DNA from: Nemertoderma westbladi
Lineage: Eukaryota; Animalia; Xenacoelomorpha
Assembly (NCBI GenBank): GCA_032718475.1
Contig: JAUCBJ010000293.1
Coordinates: 15,429 to 79,428, forward strand
Length of the DNA stretch: 64,000 nucleotides
Direction: 5' to 3'
The notes beneath the pieces were generated by a model. The model saw only the letters and a list, made by a program, of their open reading frames with translations, had not been told where the DNA came from and did no database searches. Both the position numbers and the translations under genes were made by a program. Shown piece after piece: positions 1 through 11,300 of the stretch. Within the stretch, counting starts at the first letter, position 1; the number at the start of each line of letters is the position of its first letter.

Positions 1-391
1 TAAATAGTACAGTATACGGTATCGTATTTTTGAGGTTGCGAAGATAAAGATATATATTGTTAAACAGTGGACGGAATTTGTTTTGTTCTTGTTTTATTAA
101 ACCATCCGTAAGTACTGTATGTAAGAGAGATTAGGGAAGCTTGTCAATTTATGTATTTGTATTCGATAAATTGAGTTATTTGTTGTCACAATTGTATAAT
201 ATAGGACTTTCAGGTGCAATAATTTTACTAGAAATTTGCTGAAGGAATACTGTACCAATAATCATTAGTAGTTTATATGATTATCGCAATTGAAGTATAA
301 GCTAGCTCCATCTACGTTGTTATTTTGAAAACTGCTACAAGTCATCGCTTGGCGTTAATCAGTGAAAAGGAGCAGTTTTTGGTGGGCAGTA

Positions 392-717
392 TGTTGGAGA
401 TAATGGAGCCACCTAACGGGTAATCTTTACACCACATATTAAGTATAATATAATTCAATAAGTGGCACTGTAAGCTGTCAGCTGGATGCTCCTTCCCCAA
501 TTGGTCAATCCTTAAAGAGAATCACTCTCTGATTATCAGCCTCGCATTATTGCCATCTGATTGGTCTGATAAGGTGTGCCATCCAGATTTTGTATAAATA
601 CTCCTACTTTTGACAGAAACGCCAGTTGATTGATTTGTTGAGCCTGCTAGATAGTATGCTCAACAAGTAGTTTTACCATTGCTTAGTCAGCTAATCTTCG
701 GTAAAAGCCAGCCAACA
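392..717. mobile_element. Solo LTR (326 bp)
   Basis: Inverted termini TGTTGG...CCAACA; flanks CAGTA/CACTA (5-bp TSD, 1 mismatch); internal TATA-like TGTATAAATA at ~591. Confidence 0.6.
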
Positions 718-1060
718 CACTATTGTATCTCTACTGTAGTCTGTTACTGGTATATAATAAATATGTTACCTACAGTAGAGAACGTTATTTGGCAGCTGTG
801 CTGTAATGTTGTTTAAGGTATTTGGTATTGATGACATATTACGAAAATTAAAGTTGATTAACCTTGACAACGCTTGTTTCTTGTATGTCTGAGCAAAGTA
901 ACGCGTCAGAAACCTTGCCCAATGACAAATCATTCACTCACGCTTGATATCAGAGTTTTAGACTCTACAGATACAGCGGCGGGATATTGCAGGATTTTCT
1001 TCTAACTTGGTAGATGGAATAAGGTATAAGGACGAAAAGGAATTCAAGAAAATGTAAAGA

Positions 1061-2170
1061 TTGAATCCTATTCAATTTGACGCATTACTAACAATAATCG
1101 AACCAAAATTAAAAAAAATTCCAACAAACTGTAAAACACCAATTCCCACAAAGACTGCTCTAGAAATAACTCTGCGATATCTCGCAGATGGGACTTCATA
1201 CACATCACTGTTGCATGCATATCGAGTGAGCACGGATGGGACATCATAGCCCTACACATCACTGTCGCATATCGAGTGAGCACAGATGGGACATCAAACA
1301 CATCACTGTCGCATATCGAGAGAGCACATTGAGTGAGCACATCTTATCTATCCACAACTGTATCAATCATCTGCGATTATATTGCCATTGCATTAGCAGG
1401 AAATTTGAAGATGCCATCAAACACCAATCAGTGGGTTGAGATAGAAAATGGGTTTAATAGCAAGTGGAATTTCCTGCATTGTTTAGGATCAATAGATGGT
1501 AAGCATATCGCTATCAAGAAGCCACCCTAGAGTGGTAGTGAATTTTTCAATTACAAAAAATTATTATCAATAGTCTTACTCTATGCAGCAGATTCCAGTG
1601 GAAAAATTATTGCGTATGATCTTGGTAAACCTGTGTCTTATTGGGATGCTGGAATTTACCAAAGAAGCTTTCTGTCGGATACAATTTCTGGACCCTCTAT
1701 TCCACAACCAACACCAATTTTGGATTACCCAGAAATACTAATCTTTTTAATTGGAGATGATGCATTCGCTCTCTCGCCAACGATGATGAAACCAATCTCG
1801 AGAGATACTGATATTTCAACGGAGGCAATATTTAATTACCGATTAAGTAGTGCACGCTGTATTATTGTGGAGAATGCTTACGGTATGATGGCCCATCGCT
1901 TCCGATTATTGTTTCAAGTAATCGACATGTCACCTGGCAATGTACGGTGAGCTATTCTCGCCATTATAGCCCTTCATAACTTCTTACTTGATGAAAGAGT
2001 TGGTGGTTTGTTAGCAGCAGCAGATGATTTAGATCTGGAATTGGAGAGTAGAGACGAATTGATAGGACTTGAATCAATTCGAGGAAATTTGCAGCCCGGC
2101 AGTGAAGGAAAACGCATTAGGGAAATTAGGGAATATTTTCTTCATGAAGGGGCCATTGGCTTTCAGTGGG
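1061..2170 (+). pseudogene. PIF/Harbinger (HARBI1-like) DDE transposase, fragmented
   Basis: Consecutive ORF pieces carry LEITLRYLAxG, WNFLHCLGSIDGKHIAIKKP, SGSEFFNYK, IGDDAFAL, FNYRLSSAR..VENAYG, ALHNF; several stops and frameshifts. Confidence 0.85.
1188..1330 (+). repeat. About three copies of a ~45-55-bp tandem duplication inside the Harbinger pseudogene
   Basis: cacatcactgt..gcatatcgagtgagcac repeated at ~1201, ~1255 and ~1299. Confidence 0.8.
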
Positions 2171-2659
2171 GACTTGTACCACGAAATAGTTTATTTGTAA
2201 TATATACTCTATACTATTAAGATATTACCCACACTGTTATTTTCCACTAATAACTAATTATTCACTATTAATTAAAAATAAAATTTATAATATATATCAT
2301 GCCTAGTATTGATGAATATATATTTTTGAAACTGGAATAAACAAACATATGCATGCATAGATAGTATAATATAGATATGTAGGTATACAGTCAATAAATG
2401 CATTGTAAATAGCATCAGTATTATACTATTAAAATGTTATTTAGGTATGTTCATTAACATCAGGAGATGCCACAGATGTATCACCTACTTCAGATGGACT
2501 GTGAAATAATTGGGTCACTCCGTATTCGTTGCCAACAGGTACAACATCAGCTGGATAGGCAGATGGATCAGCGTCCTAGTAGGGCGGTCGATAGTCAAGG
2601 CATGGATTGCAGGTAATTACCAGAGTGACCAATGCGAGTGCCCTAGTGACCACTCCACC

Positions 2660-3734
2660 CAGGGCCGTATTAACGGCGGGACATTTGGGGCTACAGCCCC
2701 GGGCCTAGTGAAGGTTTGCGGCCCCCCAGAAAAAAGAGAAAAAGTAATGGTCCCTCCTTACATTAAATAAAATATTTTTGGAACCACGAATAAACTAAAA
2801 CATACAAGGAATATCATACCCAGATGAACAAATGCGAAATTCACATTCCAAATTCTACTACTGAAAATATACCATACCATACCATACCTCTCCAATAGCT
2901 GCAAAGCTTTAGGGGTAATCCTATATGTTATGTTGGACAATACCTTTATACCGGTACATTGTTTGGTGTATTTGTTATTGTTTTTACATAATGTATAAAT
3001 AAATCTATCTATCTATCTATCCAATTTCTCACTGTAAACATTGCCAAAGGGCAAGAAAGGCGGGGGGGGGGGGTCATAATGTACAGAACACTAACAATAG
3101 TAAAGGAAGGGAGCAACACTGAGCTGTATACAGACAGCATTACCTACATATATTACCTAAATATTATGAAATCCAGAAAACTGGCCGAAATTTATTGAAT
3201 CTTATGAAATTACCTTTCATATAAATCAAAAATTGCAAAAAACGGTTAAGAAATGGCGGAGGAGTAATATTTTTCGCATGAAAAAATGTCATTCATAGAT
3301 AATTGCCTGAAGTTCCAAACCTTCCCGCGCGAAATTGCCTGTATGGGGTCTGGTTGGTTAATAGAGTCTGACAGGAAGGAAGCATACCACCGAGCAAAAA
3401 TTATATTCACGGGGGTTTTCGGGTCGCTGATTTCATTTCCGAAGGCAGATTTAATATTTGATGTCTAGTCTGTCCTTCGGTCGGTTGTCTGTCTGTCTTG
3501 CATTTTGACATTCAGATTACCAGACAGATATTCCACGATAATTCGAGAACTAAAAAATATCTCTCTAAGCAGTTTTTAGATTTAAAATCCCCATTAAATT
3601 CGGCTCTAGATGCAATAAAAAACAATTCTAAAATTTGTGATCATTATAAGCGAACACCCCCCCCCCCCCCCCCCTTTAAGGGGGCCCCAAATTTATATTA
3701 GCCCCGGGCCCCGATATAGATTAATCCGGCCCTG
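2660..3734. mobile_element. Non-autonomous hAT-type DNA transposon (MITE)
   Basis: 14-bp TIR CAGGGCCG(T/G)ATTAA at both ends; perfect 8-bp TSD ACTCCACC (2652-2659, 3735-3742); no coding capacity. Confidence 0.9.
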
Positions 3735-4110
3735 ACTCCACCCCATTCCGCAGTTCCAATATTTAACGAAGTTTCAAAAATTTACGCTCGCATCCCTCGT
3801 GTTTGCTAAACATTTATTTTCAGAGCATGGTGGTTAACACAGTACTGGTTAGGCTAATTCTAATTCAAAAATCATCATTGCGGCAAATAGGCTGAGACAG
3901 TTAATGTAAACCTTGTTTTGCTAATTTTGCTAATAAGTGGAGCTTAAATGACTGGATGATAACTGATTTAAAAAAAATGGTATTCATCAAGAAACACTTG
4001 CAAATACTTTTCCTGGGCTGTGGAATTGCTAAATATAAATACGAATATTCGATACAGAAACTCATGTCCAATATCTTCCCTCCTTCAAGTCTATCCATAA
4101 ATGAGTTAAT

Positions 4111-5669
4111 AGTCAGTGCTGGTACGTGGACGACGCCTCGGCGGCAAGGAGTCTGCATGGAGTTGCACAGTGGTGGTCCGACCTGCAGCTAAAAGGTCCC
4201 AAAATCGGCTACTTCCCCGAACCGACCAAAATTTACCTGGTAATAAAGCCAGGGCTGGCGGCAGAAGCCCGGGAAAGGTTCGATGGGAGTGGCGTCCAGA
4301 TAGTCTCTGGACACCGGTTCCTGGGGGGATATATCGGCGATACCGAGGGACAGAAGCAGTTTGTGTCGGACAAGGTTGCGGGGTGGGTGGGACATATAGA
4401 CAAACTCTCGGAGGTTGCCATGGAGTACCCCCAGACTGCTCACACAGGGATGTCCAAGTGTGTGCAGGCTGAATGGGACTTTCTAATGCGGGTAGTCCCA
4501 ACGGATGTTGAGGATTTCGCTCCTATCCGGACCGCGCTGCTTCGACAGTATATCCCCTCCCTGTTCGGTATCCCATTGGGCCCCTCGGACGAGGACTTGG
4601 TCCTCCTGCCTGTTCGCCATGGTGGGATCGGGTTGCAGGACCCCCTAATGCGGTTTGGCCATGCCCATGCTGCGTCCACCGAGGGGACTTCTCTTGTGGT
4701 TGAAGCAATCCAGTCTGGTCTGCCGCTTCACGTGGCCGACCACACTGTGCGGCTGCGTAAAGTCCTCACCGAGTCGCGGGCCGCCCAGGATACCGCGTAT
4801 AAGGTGAAACTGGAGGCCGCACTAGGGGCGCTACCAGCCGAGCGTCGGCGAACCGCGGAGCGGACGACGCGGAACAAGACTGGGGGGTGGTTATCGGCCC
4901 AGCCGTCTGTGCTGGACAACACAGACTTGGGGCCTGACGAGTTCCGGGACAACCTCGCCCTTCGTTATGGTCTCACCCCGCCGGGTCTACCAGTTAAGTG
5001 CGAGGGGTGCGGTGGCCCATTCAGCACCTCCCACGCACTGAGCTGCAAATCCGGGGGCCTTATCATCAAACGTCATGACGAGGTTGGCCAGGTGTTTGGC
5101 GACCTCTTGGCCTCGGCTTTCGGCCAGTCAAGTGTCGAGCGTGAGGTGACCCTCTCCCAAGGACACATCGACAGACAGGGGCGGGAGATCGGGGGGGGGG
5201 GGGGGGGGGGTAAGGGCAGACCTGGTTGCCCGGGGGGTCTGGACCAACCAACGAGTGGCGTCGTTTGACATTGCGATAATCAACGCTGACGCCACCTCGT
5301 ACGTCCAGGCCAACCGGTCGACCGAGTCCCTCTTGGAGCAGCGGGCCCGGCTGAAACACGCCCATTACCGGACCGTCTGTGAAGACCGGAGGATGTCCTT
5401 TACCCCACTGGTCGGTACAACCGACGGCGTATGGTGCAATGAGGCAGAGATTCTCATTCGCCATCTGGCCGAGACCCTTGTCATCGAGACAAGCTGGGAT
5501 GGCCGAGAGGGGCCTTGCCTGTGTGCAGGGTGGAGTTCGCCGGAGGATTCAATTCGCCCTCCTCCGATCGAATTCTCTCTGCCTCAGAGGTGGTCGACGG
5601 TCTTGGCGCGGGTCGGGCTTTGGGGATGGGGCAGGTCTGCGGGGGTTCGATCTGGCTACCCAATACTGA
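4111..5669 (+). pseudogene. RT thumb, Zn knuckle and REL endonuclease of the CRE-like element
   Basis: WYVDD, GYFPEPTK, FLGGYIG, LPVRHGGIGL, CEGCG..HALSC, RHDEV, RADL..RGVW..SFD, FTPLV.TTDG; frameshift in the poly-G run 5191-5210 and another near 5500. Confidence 0.8.
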
Positions 5670-5828
5670 TGAGTGGAATATGGGTGCAACATTATTGTTA
5701 AATTTTCTAAACTTTAATTAAATTTAACTCTTTATGTACCGTTAGGTTATATACTATTTATATACCATATTGTTTGCAATGTATTACTCGATATATTTAC
5801 AAATAAACAATTACGGCAATATTTTCAT
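4111..5828 (+). mobile_element. 5'-truncated CRE-like non-LTR retrotransposon (RT C-terminus plus restriction-like endonuclease)
   Basis: 13-bp TSD TAAATGAGTTAAT (4098-4110, 5829-5841); starts just before the WYVDD motif; AT-rich 3' UTR with AATAAA at ~5802. Confidence 0.85.
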
Positions 5829-6559
5829 TAAATGAGTTAATGTTATGCAAGATCCTTCATCACTTTGGCTAATAATTTAAATCACTTATGTCACTATACG
5901 TATTTCACCCTCCCATGGCTAGAACGGTTTGTTTCCCCTAGCCAAGACGATTTTATTTATTTTTTAATGTAATTTGGTTTGTTTTAATTTACGCAAAAAA
6001 TTTTAATTAATGATGCTGAATTATATGAAATTGTAAAAACTTGGGAGATTATATTCAATTATTTAGGCGATTCTTCAATATTTTGGTCTCATGATTCACC
6101 TTTCCAATTATTAATTTACCGTAATTTTAATGTAATGTATGAGCTATTCAACTATACTTTTGACCTTCTACATCCATCTTATAGACGAGAGCATTTTCCA
6201 TTAGTTATTTCATAATGTGATATAAACCGACTTCAACTTAACAATAACTTTTACAATTCACTTTTATGTAACAATATACAAGATTTCCTTTGGCTTGCCA
6301 ATTAAGAAATCGACCACTGTGAGAATTATACAAAGTTTGCAGCTGCAGCTAAATCTGTTGTAACCAGCAATGTTCCTCAAATTAAGCAGATAAAAAGAGT
6401 TATTTATAATTAATAGAACTGGCAGCAGAATTAGACAATTTCAGGGGTCACTAGCAAAGTTCAGAAACAGTACCGGTCGGTGTAAATAAAAGCATGGAAG
6501 TAAAGTCTCTTAGCAAAACAGTACAAAATCAGCAAATCAATCAAATCGAACTTATAAAG

Positions 6560-6935
6560 TGACACTTAATACTGAAAGTGGAAACAAGAAATCCATAGAT
6601 GGATGAATGTTGTGCTGTCATTCAACTTAAACAGATGATGAAAATCCCAGCGATCTATGCAAACTATGAAATTTATCAACTAATCAATTCGAAGAATGAG
6701 AATGGGATGCACAGTTTGGAGCTTCGATAATCAAAATAATGATTGCCAGACAATCTCCCTGCTGAACAGGTGTTTGACACCTACGATATCTACACAACCA
6801 TTACTAGTTTAGATCCTACACCCTAGTGTAGACTTTCTTGACTTCTAATCGGGAGATTATGCATGGACAGGGCAGGATACTTTTGGTAAATTGGATCAAA
6901 GGTTAGTTGGATAATAGGGACTGGAATGGTTTAAT
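6560..6935 (+). pseudogene. Possible highly degenerate BEL/Pao protease remnant
   Basis: Broken motifs QRS (~6648) and LLIG-DYAW (~6842-6866) resemble QRSF and ILIGSDYYW in the BEL element of this window; no open frame. Confidence 0.3.
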
Positions 6936-7532
6936 GTAGAAGATCAAGAAATAAGAAATAAGGTAAAACGCATGTGATATTAGTATGTGTGTATGGCGAA
7001 AGTAACCCTTTAAAAGGGTTACATTATAATTACGGACAATTTCCATAGCTAATTTCAGTGTGGAAAAAGTAACCCACAGACAAAGGAAATAGAAAACGTT
7101 TCAAATTGAAGTGGAAAAATAGAAAATTTTTCAAACTAAAGTAGGATATAAAAAAAGGTTTCAAATTAAAGTCAGGACAATTAAACTTGGGACATTCTCA
7201 TGGGCGTTCCGGCTCCAAGTACCACCACTCGCCGTATTCGCTCCTCCTTGCCGTTGTTCCAGGTATCCCCACTCGCCATATTCACTCCTCCTGGTCGTTG
7301 TCCGTTCGCCGTATAAATAAGAAAGTATACAGTAGTGCTTGTACCGGTGACTTCTGTACTGTACTACTGTACTAATGTAGCCGTACCTGCCTAACAATCT
7401 GCCTTATTTATTTTTACTTGCCTAATATACTGTAGTATTAGGTATATATATAGGAATATAGTGGAAGGAAGCATCCTTCAATTCAAGAAACTTCCATAGA
7501 CTTGCAGAGATATACATTTTGATATAACAGTG

Positions 7533-7833
7533 CTCAGGGAAAGTTGGCTACTCTCTCTCCTGTAGGGGAAAGACAGGCACCGGTCAGGAGATAAACTGTC
7601 GCCTGTGAGTCCAATTGTGTCAGTTATTCCACTGGCCCCTAGTGGCCGGACTCTACATTACTAATGTTCCATGGTGGGAGTTGATGTGCTTATTTGCTGA
7701 GTCAGCTCTCGGGGTAAATAGACCCTCTTAGTAAGAGGGTCTATACAGCCACAAGTGGCACCTCCTTCAGCTGCGCGGAGGTGGCATGTTTTCTAGTTCA
7801 ATGGCCCGGATGAAATGACCTGACCTGACCAAA
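7533..7833 (-). mobile_element. Older, diverged 5' fragment of the RTE family, lacking ~315 bp of the leader
   Basis: Reverse complement matches RTE 8345-8440 and then jumps to RTE ~8755-8960 (tattt(a/g)ccccgagagctgactc...ggagagagag(t/c)agccaac); about 80% identity by eye. Confidence 0.8.
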
Positions 7834-8338
7834 GAAGGTTGAAGAATAACTGCTATGTAATTGTTGTAATTTCGACTGATACCCTTTTTTAAGGAAGTAA
7901 ACGCTACGCCTACCCTTACACCTACACACACCTACACTTTCACACACACATCCTTGTAGGCAGGTTAGTAAAGAAGCAGGTATAGAGGCGGGTTGAAAGG
8001 AACTAAAACAATAAAAGGTAGTTTTGAAACATAATTTAATTGAGAATCAAGAGGATTGAGGATCATCAGTCCGAATGTATTGCCGGCATGGGGGTTGTTG
8101 CTGCACGTATGAACTTGGCCTTTTTAGATTACTTATTTTACTAATTTTAAGCTCAAAACACCATTTTTTATTGATAAAGTTGGTTGCGGTTTAATATCGA
8201 TTATTTCAGTTAAATTATGCTTTACTAAGGGTTTTGACGCCATCTAGTGCCATTATATACACATATCCTACCTATAATAATGCCCCATTGGCTGTGTTAC
8301 TTTATTATGGTTAATCTGATATATAAGCTCGATTGGTT

Positions 8339-11300
8339 TTGGGGCCAGGTCAGGTATTCTAGGTCATTGATCAAGAAAACTTGCCACCTCCATGCAGCAT
8401 AAAGGAGGTGCCACCTGTAGCTGCATAGACCCTCTTACTAGGGCAAATCTGGTCCTGTAACTAAGACCCCCTTCGTTCTGGGATAAGGACGCCCTTGGTC
8501 CTGGATTAAGGACCCATATACTTGGCTGCAGGGGTATATGGCCTGACCAGGCAGATGGTGATCTACCAATGGCTGGTTAGGATTAGAGTGTTCTCATATC
8601 CACTCTGAGGGCACTTCACTGCGACCTGCACCTGGCAGCAAGGGTAGCAGATGAGCTGCAACAGCCAATGGTGGGTCATGTACGCCAGAGTAGATATGGG
8701 TGATGGGCCTCATATCTGACTCCATTGCGACTCCCACCCTGTGGAATGGCAAACCAGGGTGTGGTATTTGCCCCGAGAGCTGACTCGGCAAAAAAGCACC
8801 CCCCAACCCCCACTATGGATTACATTAGCAATGCGGAGGTCCGGCCACTAGAGGCCAGTGGAATTACCGGACACAATCGGCCTCACAGGCGTCAGTTAAC
8901 TCCTGACCGGCTGCCTGTCTCACCCCCTACTGGAGAGAGAGCAGCCAACAATTCTTTGAGTCCCTTTCCTGATGACCTTTCTGGCCCAAACCCTGGGTCA
9001 CCAGGGAGGCCAGATTGTGATGGGGAGAGGGATTCTGGAGTTGGAGGCTACTCTCATGTTCCACCCCGACCAACAAAGCCATTGGTGAATCTGAGGCAAG
9101 TCACTAGACTAGCCTCAGTAAACACCCTAACGCTCGGGTCCCCAATGCGACAAGGTGAGCTGACTGCCTTGGCAGATAAGCTTTCTCTTAGCGCAGTGGG
9201 TGTTCAAGAGCACCGAATGCAGACTGGACAGACTGATGAGGTTCTGATTAAGGACATGGGGGGCGCCCTCGCGTCAGCAGATGATAGTGGCAATGGTGGA
9301 ATTGGTCTATTGATGAATCCAACTGCACATGCAGCATTGGACAAAATAGACCAAATCTCTAACCGCATCATCCATTGCCACTTCTCATGTTCTGGAAGAC
9401 TGGCTAAGAAGTTTCCTAAGGTGGTTCTGATTGTGTGCTACTCTCCAACTAGTGTTGCCCCTGTAGAGGAGGTGGAAAATTTCTACCACAATCTACAAGC
9501 AGCAACTGATGGAGTGGATCAGCATGCATTCTTAACATTCCTGGGAGACTTTAATGCAAGTCTGCATCAATCATCTACATCGCCCTGGGTCTATAGCAAT
9601 AGTGTTAACCGAAATTCTGTCCATCTTCAGGATTTTATCTCTGGAAATGGATTGTTTTCGGCTGGAACCCAGTTCAAGAAGCGAACTGGAAAGCTATGGA
9701 CTCATAGTGGACCCAGTGGTCACAAGTCCCAGATAGACCATATTCTGTTTCGTAGGAAATACAGGAGCTCTATACAAGACTGTAATGCATTTACACTTCG
9801 ACCCTTCTCCAGTGATCACCGCCTTATTGTGGCCAAGGTAAGACTTAGTCTGCGTGCTAGCAGAACAACGAAATCTGCCTTGCCACGGCATGACTGGTCC
9901 TCTCTGTTGCAACAGCCAAGTGTGAGATCCAGCTTCACATTACAGCTGAGCAACAGGTATGAGGCTCTTGCCTCTGAGGCGGCAGATCACTGTGAGGGCT
10001 ATACTGCCTTTACAGAAGCAGTTAAGTTAGCAGCTGCAGAAACAGTTCCTGTATACCCTCGAAACAGGAAAAGGGCCCCCTGGACTGACAACAAAATTCA
10101 GAAGTGCCGAAATGACCTTCATAAGGCGCAGAAAGAGTCCCGACTCAAACAGACTACAGCGGCCAAGAATGCAGTTAAAGCTGCATCTAGGTCCCTGAAC
10201 AGGCAGTACTCTGTTAATCTACAGGAGCTAATAAACCAACAGGTTGATGCCATCAATGATGCTGACGACAGCAGGCAATCATCCCAGGCATGGAAATCGA
10301 TCAATCTGCTTACTGGGCGGAAAAGCCAACCAACCACCAAGGTTAAGGCTGAATCACCAGCCGATCGCCTCAATGGTTGGAAAGCCCACTTTGAAAAGCT
10401 CCTCAATAATGACAGGGTATTGCCTGATAACTTTATAGAAGTAAAAGTGTCTGAGTCTGTACTCCCAGATATTCCCATTGGCGATATCTCCTTTGCAGAA
10501 GTGAAGGCTGCTGCAAAGAGCATTAAGACCAATCGTGCCAGTGGAGTAGATGGTGTTCCCCCTGAGGTCTTTAAAATACCTGAGTGTTTAAAGCTCATCT
10601 ATCCCATCATAGTAGACATGTACCGTACAACAAGAGTCCCACAAGAAATGAAAACAAATAAGTTGGTGCCAGTTCCCAAGAAGGGCAACCTAACACTCTA
10701 TGGTTCTTTTCGGGGAATCTCATTGATCTCGATTGCTGCAAAACTATACAATAGAATTCTATTAAATCGCATCAGGGATCCCATTGAGAGACTGCTACGT
10801 GGAAATCAGAATGGGTTCCGTAAAGGTCGTGGGACCATGGAGCCCATTTTGGCACTTAGAAGGATAATTGAAGAGTTATCAAAAAAGAAAGACAGGCATC
10901 TGGCTGTTATCTTTGTTGACTTCTTCAAGGCCTTTGATTCAGTCTCTCGCTCACGTATGTTCAGCATACTTTCATTATATGGGATTCCTGATGAAATTAT
11001 TGCAGCAATCAGATCAGTATACGATGGTTCGACAACATTTGTGTCTACTGTTGATGGTGACACAGAACCATTTGAAGTGTTATGGGGCGTCCTCCAAGGA
11101 GACACACTTGCACCATTCTTGTTCATTATTGTGGTTGACTATGTTCTACGCATGTCCTTAGATCATCATAATGATGATGGGGTGATGATAACTCCACCTA
11201 CTGGCTCCAGAAGTCGAGGAAATCCTGCAAAGTACCTAACTGATCTAGACTTTGCTGATGACTTAGGAGTACTCTCAGAATCATTAGAGGGAGCCCAGCG

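Noticed and set aside
2900-3021. LINE 3' tail (AATAAA plus (TCTA)n) nested in the hAT MITE
   Set aside because: Suggestive, but no TSD or coding remnant fixes its boundaries.
2340-6200. Possible Myb/MADF partner gene of the Harbinger element on the minus strand, split by the hAT and CRE insertions
   Set aside because: The position is plausible, but I could not recover a convincing motif, frame or Harbinger TIRs.
8236-8251. Single CTCF-like site (GGCACTAGATGGCGTC on the minus strand)
   Set aside because: One isolated match, oriented away from the array; not supportable without binding data.
7729-8440. Apparent MITE with ~100-bp TIRs, and apparent RTE site-specificity for ATAGACCCTCTTACTA
   Set aside because: The TSD TCGATTGGTT shows the RTE starts at 8339, so the right 'TIR' and the 16-mer are part of the RTE leader; the left arm is an older inverted RTE fragment.
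8339-8480. Canonical HDV-like ribozyme at the RTE 5' end
   Set aside because: No arrangement satisfied P3/L3 (UCCNCG-type loop), P1.1 and P2 together; kept only as an unclassified structured leader.
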